Part shown: positions 1 through 13,040 of the stretch, in pieces
Layout of the letters: every line of letters starts with the position of its first letter
Position numbering within the stretch: the first letter of the stretch is position 1
Origin: Pseudovirgaria hyperparasitica
Lineage: Eukaryota
Strand: one strand, 5' to 3'
Assembly: GCA_010093815.1 (NCBI GenBank)
Contig: ML996574.1
Length of the DNA stretch: 64,000 bases
Notes under the pieces: generated by a model
Told to the model about the DNA's origin: nothing
What the model saw: the letters and a program-made list of their open reading frames with translations, nothing else
The model's database searches: none
Program-made: the position numbers and the translations under genes

Positions 1-46
1 TGGTATGTCAGATCCAAAGTCTCAGAATCGAGCGCTCGCAACCCAC

Positions 47-512
47 ATGAAGAGAACCAGGAAGATGTTATGCAAACGCGGATGGTGGAGGGTATCGAAT
101 ATCGACAGTAATATTATGCCCGCAGCACCGACAACTGCTGCAATAATGGAGAGAATGGAACAGATTTTTTGGAACAAAGAAGTATTAGGTGTGAGTCTGC
201 CCTTGTGCCTGAGCCAGCGTTCCGCAATGAACGCAAGATCTAAAGATACGACGGTGACGGCTGACATGGCGATGAATAACGGCTTGAGGCCTTGTGCGCC
301 CACATCGGAAATATATCTGTATCAGTGTAAGTTTGATTGGTATTCTACCATGCTTGAAAGGTGCCCTACGCGATTCTCTGGCTTTGGTTCATGGATGGAT
401 AATGCGGTGACCCTTGCACCAGCCATGTTATCAACATGGCCAGCAGCATGGCGAGCCACACGCAGGCCGAGAATATCGGAACCATCCAATACGAGATCAC
501 GCCGTGCAACAT
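47..512 (-). CDS. SFK1: Frag1/DRAM/Sfk1-family membrane protein, 5' part; gene continues beyond the left window edge
   Basis: Exon 512-370 MLHGVISYWMVPIFSACVWLAMLLAMLITW...; GTAGGG...CAG intron 369-317; exon 316-47 YISDVGAQGLKPLFI...ERWLRH...LLSIFDTLHHPRLH; next donor GTGGGT at 46. Confidence 0.85.
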
Positions 513-1799
513 CTTGGCAGATGGCTGTATTCGAGTTGTGGATAAAGGAATAAGGAAATGCGGATGCAGGAATTATCAATAACAACCCGACGACTACTAG
601 TGCCGTGGACGGCGCGTGTTGAAAATTGGATTTTCGCAAGTCGCGCGACCGACGTACAAGGATACAACCGTGAAAAGGCCTTGTAGTAGATCGCACGAAA
701 CCGTGGCAGGAGAGGGATGTCGACGAGGTGGTACGGCGGTGCGATCAAAGAGAAGCCTGCCTTGTGGACGGGAGGAGTATTTGATTCATAGTCCTGTAGG
801 AAGGTAGTTTGGCAAGAAAATGACATCATCGCATTTCTCGGCACCCTGCATCCGGATCTGGTCGGAATCGCGCCTGAGCCACTCACGCAACTTCGCAAGG
901 CGTTATACGATTCGACACGCATCTCTCGCATCTCTCGCAACTCTCGCAAAGGCCGCGTGGCACAATAACGAGGGCTTTGTTCTATTACTGGGCCAGATCA
1001 TTTCTTGTCTTTTTTGCGCAGCGCGGGAGGCTGCACTGCAGCTTTTAATGGCCGATCATCCTAGTCGCAGATCTTGTGGTGTCGTACCTGTGCAAGACTA
1101 TTATAGTAACGCCTTTTGTGCTACTGTCTGTCTACTTGCGCAAAATCAGTGTCAGTAATCGCCAGTCGGGACCGAACTCCGGGTTCGGATCTTGTCTGCT
1201 ATTTCCGACAGGATGACCAAGCATACGCGTTCCGGCAAGGACTTGTTACTACTACTTTGACGATATTAGCTAGAAGGCATGAAGCAGTTCTTTCTTATAG
1301 TTCCAACCCGTCTACGTATATGCGTTGATTCGTGGTGAATTTGCAGGCGTTTTGCTGAATAAGTAAATTCTCAATAGCGAAAGGCATTGGTGCATGTTTG
1401 GTTCTTCGCAGTCAGGCGTATTCTCTATCTAGACAATTATCTTCTTCTGGACGACTGAACTGCATAACGAATGATATTACATGGGCTGTTGAGAAGGTAG
1501 TGCAATGATGGTCACAGATGCCATGGCCACTTTTCAAGAAAAGAGCCAAAGAAAGCGGGTGGAACGTTTTATGCACCCACGCCTTGACCAAGTTAGGTCT
1601 AGCTTGACAAGGCTCCACGGAATAATCTACCCCACACGCAAGCGCGTCGCGAATCGCGACAAGGTCCCTATTATCTACTGCTCCTCAGATGAACTCTCTC
1701 AGCACTGTTGCATGCAATTCCAACCCTCATCGCCTCACCACCACACATCGCTATATCTGCTTCCCTTATAAATTCCGCTCTTCTAGGTTGAAGACCGCC

Positions 1800-4700
1800 A
1801 TGTTTTCTTGCCATGCAAGCGTAAAAATTACACAATGCGATGGCTCCTCCTGTGGCGTTGATGATCATGCCGCAGCGCAATCGCCCCGAAAGCTCACGAA
1901 CAGCATGCGCAAATTCTACGAACAAGGTGTGAAGGGTCTTGATGTCTGCACCGAGTCTCCTCCTGCGCCTGCTATCAATAAGCGCAAGAGGCGGTTTGTC
2001 GCTGGATCTGATTCGGATGACAGTGGTCGGCCGCGTAAGAGAGCACGCTCAAGCACAACAAGTAGCACGGGACAGACGGATGAGATAGAGTCGGACATCG
2101 CCACACCTGCTTCCAACCTCGTGCTGGCTGCTGTCACATTTCATATCGTATGTCATCTACGGTAGCTAGTACAAGTCAATCTGCTAATCATACGCCAGGA
2201 CGAGCCAGGGCAGATACAGCATCACGATCCTGCTTGCGTCCTTCCAGTGAGCCTCGACGACAATATATATCTACAACTTGGAACAGAGGGCTCCAGTCGC
2301 AGGTCTGCTGGCCGTCGTAGAATGACTCCTGCACACGCGACCGAGCACGTCGAACTCGATTTCGACTTCTCCATCTCGATCCCGCGCAGCACCGCAGATG
2401 CTCCTTGCTCGTCAGAACTCAGAATCTATGGTAGTCACGTAGAAACACATGTCGATGCATATGAGGTATTGAAAGATGTCCAGGTATGCTTGAAACGCTC
2501 GCGAAAGGGAAGATCGAATCGGGTTGGGACACAGTGCACACTCTTGCCACCAAGCACGACACGCCGAACGTGGGATCTAGTCATCAGCCTTACGTGGGAG
2601 CTCCAGCGGCCTGGTATCGAGGATGAGCGGACGGATGACATTCTGTGGGGGCTGTCTTGCTTGAAGAAGTATACCTGCATCGATGGAGTAGATGCAGCGT
2701 CTGGCTCTGCAGCAGCAAACGTATCAGGAAGTCTGACATGGAAGCCAGAAGATTTCTACAATTACGTGCACACAACTTCGCCGGATGATGAGGTTTCCTC
2801 TAAAATACAGACGAAGATGCTCGAAAGTGAACTGTATCCCTTTCAGCGAAGAGCAGTAAATTGGCTTCTACGACGAGAAGGTGTTGGCTTTAGCAACGGG
2901 GAACTCGTACCGCTGCAGCCTCAATACTCGAGGGACAATTTACCTCCTTCTTTCACCAAGATGCGTGCGAAACATGGGGTGGATACACGTGATGTGTACG
3001 TCAGCAAGGAAATGGCAATGGTAACGCTCGACCCGGCAGCCTGTCGTATACCTCAAGAGGTGAAGGGTGGCATACTGGCCGAGGAGATGGGTCTCGGCAA
3101 GACTGTTGAGCTGGTCGCACTCATTGCACTTCACAAGAGAGCCCAAAGCGGCAAGCAATGGGACGCATACAGTATGACAGAAGTGACACGTTCCGGCGCA
3201 ACACTGATAGTCACTCCGTCCTCGCTCATACAGCAGTGGAAGTCGGAAATCAACAGACATGCGCCATCACTCAGGGTGCACGAATTCAAAGGCACGACGA
3301 CTGCGTCTCACGCACCAAAGGCCAGATACGCTGCCGCATCGACGGAAACTCTGTTGAAGTTCGACATCGTGCTGACCACCTACGCCGTGCTTCGGCGAGA
3401 GGTGCACTTCGCACGCCCGCCGCCGGATCGGAGCACGCGGCACGGCACAGCAAAGGAGGCGCGGCGCAGAAGTCCGCTGGTCGAGATCCACTGGTGGAGG
3501 GTCTGTCTAGACGAAGCGCAGATGGTAGAGAACGGGGTGAGCAAGGCGGCAGAAGTTGCGCGTCTGATCCCGCGTGTAAACGCCTGGGCAGTCTCGGGCA
3601 CGCCGCTGCGCAAGAATGTGCAGGATCTGCGCGGCCTGCTGGCGTTCCTGCGCTACGAGCCGTATTGCAGGCACGAGAAGCTGTTTTCGGGCATGGAGAG
3701 GCGGGTGTTTAGAGAGCTTTTTGGCAGGATCGCGCTGCGGCATACGAAGGCCGGTGTGCGACATGAGCTCTCGCTACCTCCGCAGAAGCGTGTCGTCATA
3801 ACGGTGCCGTTCACGCCGGTCGAGGAGCAGAACTATGCCAATCTCTTCGCCGAGATGTGTGGCGCCATTCAGATGACGCCCGAGGGCAACCCGGCCGTCG
3901 ATGACTGGGATCCCAAAGACTATACCGAGCAGATGAGGCGGTATCTCATTCGGCTGCGGCAAACATGCCTACACCCGCAAGTAGGGGGTCGAAATCGCAA
4001 AGCACTCGGACGCAGGAACGTCCCGTTGCGGACGGTGGCAGACGTGCTGGAAGTCATGATTGGGCAGAATGAGACGTCCATTCGCAATGCAGAGTGCGAT
4101 TTTATCGCCGAAACACTGACTCGTGGGCATATTTACGCGCACGCAAAGGATATACCTCATCGAGCAAAGAAGGCACTCGAGATATATGATAATGCGCTCC
4201 AACTAGCTAACGAGTTTGTCGAAGACTGTCGACGGGAGCTTGTCGAGGAGATGGCAAAAGCAAAGGCCAAGGCGAAAGCAGGGTCGGAGGACAAAGAGCA
4301 CGAGGAAGATTCGCAGGACGAAGAGGGCAAGGACGAGGAACAGGCCGAGAAGGATGATCGGGTTCGTGCAGGCAGGAATATACTACGGCGGGCACTGGAA
4401 GCGCAGCATGCTTGCTTGTTTTACACTGGAACGGCGTACTATCAAATGAAGTCCAACGCAGACATAGTTGAGCCCGAGAGCGAAGAATTCCAGCGACTGG
4501 AGAAGCTCGAGACTGAGTTTTACGACAGGGCCAAAGTGGTACGGAAGGAGCTTCTGCAGGAAAACCGCACCAGAGCCGAAAAGAGCATGGCAATACTCAA
4601 CAGGAAGGTCAAAAATCAGGGTCTTGCTCCTCTACAGCCGCTGCAAGATATCGACGATGTCGGGGGGATTGAAAACAGGAAAACACTGGAGCGGATAGAC

Positions 4701-6524
4701 CAGCTCATAGACACACTCAACGAGCAGGGCGAATTGCTCTCCAAATGGCGCGCCAAGGCTGTAGACATCCTACAGCTTCCTCTGGTTGACACGGATGAGA
4801 CGGAGACTACAGGAGACGAATATGAGAATTCAACTAAGCAGCAGGACGACCTTGTCATTTACATGACGGCTCTCCGCGCCATCCAAGCCGACCGACATTT
4901 CACTCTCACCGGACAGGAGAACTTTCGAGTCGACGACGAGATCAGGACGGCGATACGGCAAGCCAGGAATGGGGAAGGTCATGCGCCGCAGCTGATGCTG
5001 CAGCTGATGGAACGGAGAAACGCGCTCAAATCGAAGCCGATGGATCCAAATCTGAGAGGGGTCCTTTGCGAACTACGACATCTTGAGACCAGCATTCAGT
5101 GGCAAGTTGAAATGGGTAGACCGCGAGCAGCCATGGAGCTTAGTATTATTCAGCAACAAATGAAGCGGCTACAAGGTATCCAGAGTACGGAGACGAAGAC
5201 ATTGAGTTCGTTGGAGTTGGAGCATAACCAATACCACCAGACAATGAATCGACGTATCGCTTTTTACGCGCAGCTACAGCAGATTAGTGACACAGTCGCT
5301 CCGTACAAGGAGGAAATGGACGAAAGGCTCGACCGGCAAGCGCTTGGAGAACACGAGAAAAAGGAAGAAAAGATTACTAAACAGCTTGCAAGTCTGAGGA
5401 CTCGTCGTCGATTTCTGCATCATTTGAAACATGAATCGAACACCGAGGATGGGCCAAGGAGTTGCGCGATATGCACGGGGCTAATAGAGATTGGCTCCCT
5501 GACATCCTGTGGGCATGTTTTCTGCAAGGAGTGTTTGCGGATGTGGTACAGAAGTCATAGGAGCTGTCCGCAATGCCGGAAGCACCTGACAATTGAAGAC
5601 TTTCAAGACATCACATATCGTCCACAAGAACTACAGGCTATACAGGAGGACATGGGACAGTTGGAGCAGGCATCGTCGTCAGCGAGCGGCACGCCAATGT
5701 CGAACCTGTCATCACTATACTCGGACATGTCTGGCACGACGATGCAAGAAATCAAGGGCGTGGAGCTGAATGGGTCGTATGGCACCAAAATTGACACCAT
5801 GTCGAGGCATGTTCTCTGGCTTCGACAGAACGATCCCGGCTCCAAGTGCATCATATTCTCGCAGTACAGCGACTTTTTGGGTGTGTTGGCGGAAGCGTTT
5901 ACCAAGTTCAAGATTGGACATACGAGCATCACGGCTAGGGACGGGATCGAGAAGTTCAAGAACAGTGCGAGCGTGGAGTGCTTCCTGCTGGACGCGAAGA
6001 GCAATGCAAGCGGGCTGAACCTGACGAATGCGACACACGTGTTTCTGGCAGAGCCAATGATCAACTCTGCGCTGGAGCTCCAGGCGATAGCACGAGTGCA
6101 CCGCATCGGACAGCAGCGCGAGACGGCCGTGTACATGTACCTGGTCAGCGACACGGTGGAGGAAGCAATCTACGACATCAGCGTGAATCGACGGATCAAG
6201 CATATGGGCAGCCAGAGCAGCACCGTCACGTCACGGGTGGTGTCGCGCGCGGCGACTCCTGGGGCGGCAGCGCAGGAAAAGGCCATGGATGACGCGAACA
6301 ACAGGGAGATTGAGAGGGCGCCGCTGTCGATGCTGCTGGACAAGAAGAAGGGCCGGGGCGAGTTTGTTGACGAGGGTGATTTGTGGAATTGTCTGTTCAG
6401 CCAGGCCCAGCGCAGGCCGGTGTCGCCAGACCTCCAGCGGACGGTGGATCGTCATCTGCGAGCTGAGGCGGCGCAGCAGAGGTTGTTGCAAGGCTCGGAC
6501 GAGTCAGATGGCATCAATCCGTGA
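1800..6524 (+). CDS. IRC20: SNF2-family helicase / RING E3 ligase, IRC20/SHPRH-like
   Basis: GGILAEEMGLGKT, CLDEAQMV, SGTP, RING CAIC..CGHVFCKEC..CPQC, C-terminal GLNL...QAIARVHRIGQ. ATG 1800 joins the long ORF in frame through a GTATGT...CTAAT...CAG intron at 2148-2198. Confidence 0.9.
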
Positions 6525-7247
6525 GCTGCCGGACCAGGAACTTACTGGTATGGCCGCCCTTGTTTCATACGAAGGCAGCATCTGGTAGATTGGTGGTGTA
6601 CGTACGAATCCTCTGGTGATGATGACGACGATGAAGATGCTGGTGGTGGTCGGCTATGCAAGCCCAGCACCTGCGGAGGGCCAGACTCTGAAGCAAGGCG
6701 CAAAGGCGAATGCAAGCCTGTACGAATGAGGAAGCTCATCAGGTTGACGGGCGAAATGCAAGGATTGGACAGTCGAGTGATGTACACGACGTACATGGCT
6801 GTAGAGACGACATGACATGGATGGATGGACAGCAGCGTCCGGGAAGGAATGAATATAAGCTTTGACTAAAAGGCTTGATGAGCTTGATCGGTCCCGTAGT
6901 TGACCCGTGACTAGGTAGGTACCAGAGTAACAGTCAGTCAAGATATATAAAAAGTAGACAGAGGTAGCCTGACAGTGACAGCAGCCCAGCTCCAGGCCAG
7001 CTAAAAACCCCCCGGTGCCAGCTGAAAGGGAGGCCTGATTGGCGGGGGGAGGGGCGGGGCAGGGGTGTGTCAGGCTGCTAGAGACGTGGAGAAGCCTGGC
7101 TTGGGGTCTGGACCATTTTTGTGGTCGGCAAGGGTCTTGTCCGGCTGTCCTCTCCAATGCTAGCGGCCCATAAGTCAAGACCAAAATGTATGCAATTGGA
7201 TCTGATGTGTGTAGGTTGCAGTGCCTTTTGACGATGCGAGATGCATG

Positions 7248-7292
7248 GCATGGACATGGACATGGACATGGACGTGGACGTGGACGTGGACA
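7248..7292. repeat. (TGGACA/TGGACG)n hexamer microsatellite
   Basis: About 7 tandem copies; further GAC, CATC/CAGC and CA short repeats occur at 7740-7930. Confidence 0.9.
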
Positions 7293-9105
7293 CGAAAACG
7301 AATTCACCACGTAATTATTCATGTACGTCCAGCCAGTGGAAGCGAAAAGCGAAAGCGGAGGGAGACAAACAGGAGACTGTATCAGGTAGGGATAAGAGGT
7401 GTCGAGTGTCAATTTGTTGCTTTCAATGTCGCTCTCTTGCTTGCTTGGTTGATGCAGCGTGGATAATATCGCATCGCATCGTATCGAAGGGCGATGCGGC
7501 GTAGTGCAGTGCATTGCAGTGGAGTCACCCGGGACACGGACGTGGACAGTAAGTAGTAATTAGCAGGTAGGCAGATGGATTTTATGTGAGGTAGTTATTA
7601 CTGGAGGTACTTTGATGAACTGTCATGTCAGCAAGCCTGCCTTTTCACGCTGATTCGGTTTCTCTTCTTCTTCTTCTCATCATCCTTCTTTCTCTTACAC
7701 ACGTCTTGCTCAACAGCAGCAACGATAACACTCACCATAACGACGACGACGACGACGACGACGACACTGACGACGAGGAATCCAGCAACAGTACAGCAGT
7801 GACTGTCATTCTCATCACAGCGACGAAGACGACCAACCAAGCCTCCTATCCCGTCTCATCCATCCATCCATCCATCCAGCCAGCCAGCCAGCAAGCTACA
7901 GTACAAGCAGCAGTCATATACACACACACACAGCAGAACGCTCAACGTCGTTACAACAAGCACAACAAGCACAAAGAAGAAGCAGATCAGCCGTTACCCG
8001 TTGGTCTTGGCTGTCTGGGCAGTGGGAGCTTGTACCTTACCTGTACTCGAGCCTGAGCTTGACCAGATTCCTTGTCTTTCATCACTTGTCGCTGTCAGTC
8101 AGCGTCAAGCTGTGTCAGTCAGCCTCGTCGCCCCACCAGCGCCCGCCAGCCAGCATCATCCCCTAAAGCGGCGAGCAGCGAGGGTGCAGGTGCAGTACCC
8201 GGGCTGTGGGCAGTGAGCAGTGAGCAGCGGGCACCTAGTGGGCTGCAAGTTTGCTTCACCAGCTCCACCAAGTAAGCTTTTCCCCCTCCATCCTCATCCT
8301 CCACGCACACACCCTTTCTCTCTCTTCTTATCTTCCTCCACAAATCCTACACAAACACATTCTGGCTATTATTGCATCACCCACAACTGCACCACCACTG
8401 CCACAACTCTGCAGGCCACTCAACGTGTCATCACCATGGACAGATGCTCCAAGCTGTATACTACTACCAATGGCTACCAGTTACCAGCTACCAGCTACCA
8501 GCAACACGCTTGGGACGACCTAATAGACTGGCCCCACGTTCTCTCCAGCAGAGATACGGCACAGCCCCCAATCGCCGACTCCCGATCCCTCCCAAAGTCC
8601 CCTACGGCCCACCATCAAATCACCAGCTCCACCACCTTCACCACATTCACCACCTTTCCGTCATCCGCTCCGCTAATAATGCTAATTAGTTAATTACTCC
8701 TCCGGCACTCGCTGGACCTTCTCTCCTTCTCGCCTTCTCTCTCTTTCGCTCTCGCATCCTTCTACCCAACAATCCGACTACACGCAGTCGTACCGTCCCT
8801 GTGCACCTCCACAGCCCCTGGCTCGGCGTCATCCCTCTTGCGCGTCACGTCGTCCCAGGACTAAATCCGCCCGACCACTCTGCCGATCACTCGGGCCCTT
8901 GCTCAAAGGAATACACTTGAAACTGCCTCGTTCCTCTCTTCTATTCTAAGACCGACACTTCACCTTCCATTCCCCCCTTTGCGCCTCCAACACAAAACCT
9001 GCTCCTCTCTCCTGCTTCTCCCGACCTCGTGCCGTGTGTTACGCGACCCGTCACGTCTTCAGGGTCTCGTGGGCCGCCAAATGATGCAACCATAAACTAC
9101 AGACT

Positions 9106-11715
9106 ATGCCAACCAGTTCGATTCGCAATTCCTCGACCTCCACCTCGTCCCCCGTCTCATCTACTCCGCGCTCCTTCCTCTCCCGCCTTGCGCCCTCGTT
9201 TGCCTCCAAGACTCGCTCCTCCGCCGAATTCGATATCCAGCTAGACGATCCACATCGCCAATATGCCCCCGGTGACGCCGTGACAGGGACTGTGACCCTG
9301 AAGGTCTTGAAGCCATTGCGCATAACACATCTGGTCATATCGCTACATGGCTATGTGCAGGTGTACAAAAATCCGAATACCCCGGGGGACGGCTACCGGG
9401 CCCACAACCCGTCGATAGGCTCCGGCAAGGGTCCGAAGAAGGCGGGATACTACGGGAATGGGTTCGCGACCCTGTTTGAGGAAGAGACTGTCCTGTGTGG
9501 CGATGGCAGCATGCAAAAGGGCATCTTCAAGTTCCAATTCTCACTCGACTTTCCCTCCAAAACCTTGCCCAGCAGTATCGATGTAGGTGCTTGTCGCCAT
9601 TTATATTCTGGGAAACTGTGGTTGCTGATGCTTGGCTAGTTCGAACGTGGGACCATATCATACATGCTGACTGCAACCCTCACACGACCAACAAGCATAT
9701 CGCCGACCAGCACGAGGGAGCTGAGGGTATTTCTGATTGAGAACATTGATATTGGGCCCATCAGCGAGCCGAAGCCGCGAAAGATATCCCTGGAACCGCG
9801 AGCTGCCAAGTCGAAACCAAGGCAGCCTAAGAAAAGACCCCCGGCCGCCAAAGCACCAGAGACTGGAGACGCAGCATCCACTTCAAAGGATAGTCGTGTG
9901 GGCGAGTTGAATATTGGTGCGAAAGAAGACCTGGAGTCGCCTCGCAGTCCGGCGGCAAGCGATGTCAGTTTTGAGACCCAGCCAAGCACGACAACAGGCT
10001 CAGGGGAAGATCCTGGCACTTCATCTGGCTCCGGGTGGCAGGGCAGTGGGGAGTTGAAGAGTGCAGGACTGACACCTATCAAGAAGCAACCAATCACTGC
10101 GACAATCACCTTGCTCAAAGCTGGATTCTTGCGCGGCGATACAATACAACTCACAGTGAACGTGACGCACACAAAATATATGAAGAGTCTCCACGGGATA
10201 ATCGTGACGCTCTATCGGCAAGCTCGGGTCGACATGCATCCAGCGCTCCCAGTCATCACTACAAAGGACGGCAAGATGAAGGCTGAAGAATACTTTCCGC
10301 GTTCAAAGACTGGACTTGGTGGCCTGTCATTGTCGAATTCCGGATCAACTCACGTGTTTCGCAAAGACTTGTCGCAGTCGTTTGCGCCCTTGATCATTGA
10401 CCCCAAGACTCTGACTGCTGATGTAAAGGCGTCTGTCCGGGTGCCCGAGGAAGCCTTTCCCTCGATAACGAATGTTCCCGGTGCTATGATCACGTTCAAA
10501 TACTACGTCGAGGTTGTCGTTGATCTACAGGCAAAACTGGCGAGCCTGGGGCGCTTTCTTCCAAACTCGGGAATGATGAATATTCCAAATGGTTACGAGG
10601 ACAATTCTGGTATCCGGCCCGAGGTCAACGGACCTGGCATGTTCTCTGCTTGGGGTGGGAATTTTATTGATACCACCCAGGTCCGGAGAGACAAGAGCGT
10701 CGTGGCCTGTGTGTTTGGGATCATTGTCGGCACAAGGGACAGCGAAAGGAGGAAGAATAAGGGGAAACAGCCCACTGTTCAGCCTCCTGTAGTGGACGGA
10801 CCACAAGCTCAACCTGTTCAGAATGGCAACGGGTATGAGCAGGGAGAGTATCACCACTATGATGAGTCTCAATATTACGACTACGGGCATCCCCCGGACC
10901 GAAACATCGATCATCACGATCACTATTACGGGTTCGAGAATCAGTATGACGGGCACGAGAATCATCAGTATGATGCGCGATATGGTTACTACCCCGAGCA
11001 CCAATACGACATGTCGCATCCTCACGGGTATCGTCTTCCACATCTTGCTGTACAAGACGAGTCCCACCTTACAGACAAGGAGCGGATACGCAGAGCTGAG
11101 CAACGGCTGCTGCCTTCTGAACCGCCAGCGGAAGGTAACGGTGAATCTGCAGCTTGTGCACACGCTCCATCGGCACCGCTTCTGACGGAAGACGAAGACC
11201 TCCTTTTTGCGCCTGCCCCTCGTACAAGGTCGCACGCAAACAGTAATGCCTCCACTATCCCACCTCCCTCTCCCTCGTTTCTCAGCGCAGGTCTATCCGC
11301 TCCACCCGTGCCGTCGGCACCCCTTCCATCACCACGTCCTTTGCGGGCCCCTGCGCCAGTGTATACGTCGTCACCCGCACATGATGAGGCGTCCTCGTCA
11401 CGTGTGCTCGCCGCAGGTCCGGCTGCATCAGACGACAAGCAAGAGCTCCAGCGCCGGCGACTACAAGCCGAGCAGAGCGCTCCCCCGGCTTTCGACCCGA
11501 ACTCGTCCAACGGTCCCGACGCCTCCGCCATGACGGAGGAGGACGAACAGGACGCGATTCCCACTGCACCTGATCTCGCAGACTTGCAGCTCGGGGACGA
11601 TGCGCATGATACCGGACTACCGTATGGCGAAGGAGCATCGTCACACCACGATCCACGGGCTCATGTGCAGACTACTCCGCTGCTGCCTGCCTACAGGGAG
11701 ACACGGGCTTCTTGA
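9106..11715 (+). CDS. palF: pH-response arrestin-like protein PalF/Rim8
   Basis: FDIQLDDPHRQY..GD.V.G, LPSSID|FERGTISYMLTATLTRPT across intron 9583-9639, EEYFPRSKTGLGGLSLS, DDKQELQRRRL, C-terminal LPAY. Confidence 0.93.
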
Positions 11716-12169
11716 CGCGCCAGATTAGCATTCTGATTTCGCACGCATGCATGCATTGTACAGCATTTGGGACAGGGGGCGAGCGGGCGTTTTGTATATT
11801 GATGTACTTGGGGGCGGCAGCATGTGTCTGATGAGCCATGATTGAGAGAATTTGTCAGCGTAGCCTAGCGTGTGCTTTGGAGGGACTTGTTGTGCATCTG
11901 AGATAGATGTATACCTGATTTGGCGTGGTCCATGTAATTGAGTCGTCTTTTGTGAGATTGAGAATGATGATGCATGTAGCATATTGTATAGCATAGTGTA
12001 TAGCGTCGCATATAGCCGCGACAACACGACGACCGAGCCTGAGCTCCGTCGCCGTAGACAGTCGAATGAATATAGAATCTAGGTTCAGTCTAGTAATGCA
12101 CCGCCTATCTCTATCAACCATCATATTCGCTTCGGGAGAACGTGTGATTGTCGGATAGTTAGTCTACTT

Positions 12170-12841
12170 AGTATTAGATAGGTATACGATAGGGCAAGAG
12201 ATGATGATAATAATGATAATGATAATGCCATGGTAGATTATTTATTTTTAGGTGCCCTTATTCTTTCTTACGCATGCCTACCTACTTACCTATCTACCTA
12301 CCTACCTAACTAACTAACTAACTAAGTTTTAAGAGACTATTATAATTATTAAGAAATTTAAGAGCTATAGTAGAAGAGCTTTAGATAAGTAAATAAGGTC
12401 GACCGCGACGCAGTGTATACAAGGACATGAACCCGCGACCGTCCAAGCGTCGCGCATAGTGCCACTGAGGGCAGTGGCGGTCTTTTTTAAAAATCGGGCA
12501 CTTTGTTACGGCTACGGCAGTAGCAAACAACATGTATAATTAATGTAGGCAGTAGCTACGCACCGGTCGGGTGTATATATACAACCGACCGTACACGTAC
12601 ATAGAAAATGGCATGCTTTTATGACCAATATTACAACTTGAACTGTCAAGGAACTTAATAAAGAGCTTTAAGTAGTTTATTAAACTAATAAAAATAGAAA
12701 TTCTAATAGCTAGAAGAGCTTTAAATAAATAATAGCTCTTAGAGATATAGAGATTCTAATAGCTAGAAGAGCTTAAAGTAATTTATTAATCTAATAGCTA
12801 TAGAAGTTTTAATAGCTAGAAGAGCTTTAAATAAGTATTTA
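12170..12841. mobile_element. AT-rich RIP-like repeat relic at the left edge of the island, including a 53-bp tandem array
   Basis: TpA-rich sequence; (ATA)n, (CTAC)n and (CTAA)n runs; AAGAGC core at 12661, 12714, 12767 and 12820 (53-bp period). Confidence 0.7.
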
Positions 12842-13040
12842 TGTTAAGGGTGAACCCTGGGTATTCTTGACGTAGGCGCACCTACGCCTGCGCTATCCCT
12901 GTTCTACTAAGCGAGGCTAAGCGAGCCCCTTCTTACTAGCGCGCACTCCGCCCTTTACCTTAAGGAAGCCGAGTAGACTTCTACTCCCTCCCTTATCGAA
13001 CTTACTATATCCTATAAATACTCTTACGTCTGTGTATACG

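Noticed and set aside
2400..6600. Overlapping antisense and alternative-frame ORFs in IRC20 (also in palF, PL3 and ADO1)
   Set aside because: Expected shadows of GC-rich coding sequence
6590..9100. Many short ORFs upstream of palF
   Set aside because: Low-complexity, microsatellite-driven frames without protein motifs; likely promoter or UTR
12401..12488. Hammerhead or HDV-like ribozyme, 5S rRNA or tRNA
   Set aside because: No CUGANGA/GAAA core, no HDV J4/2 or P1.1 elements, no cloverleaf and no 5S sequence match
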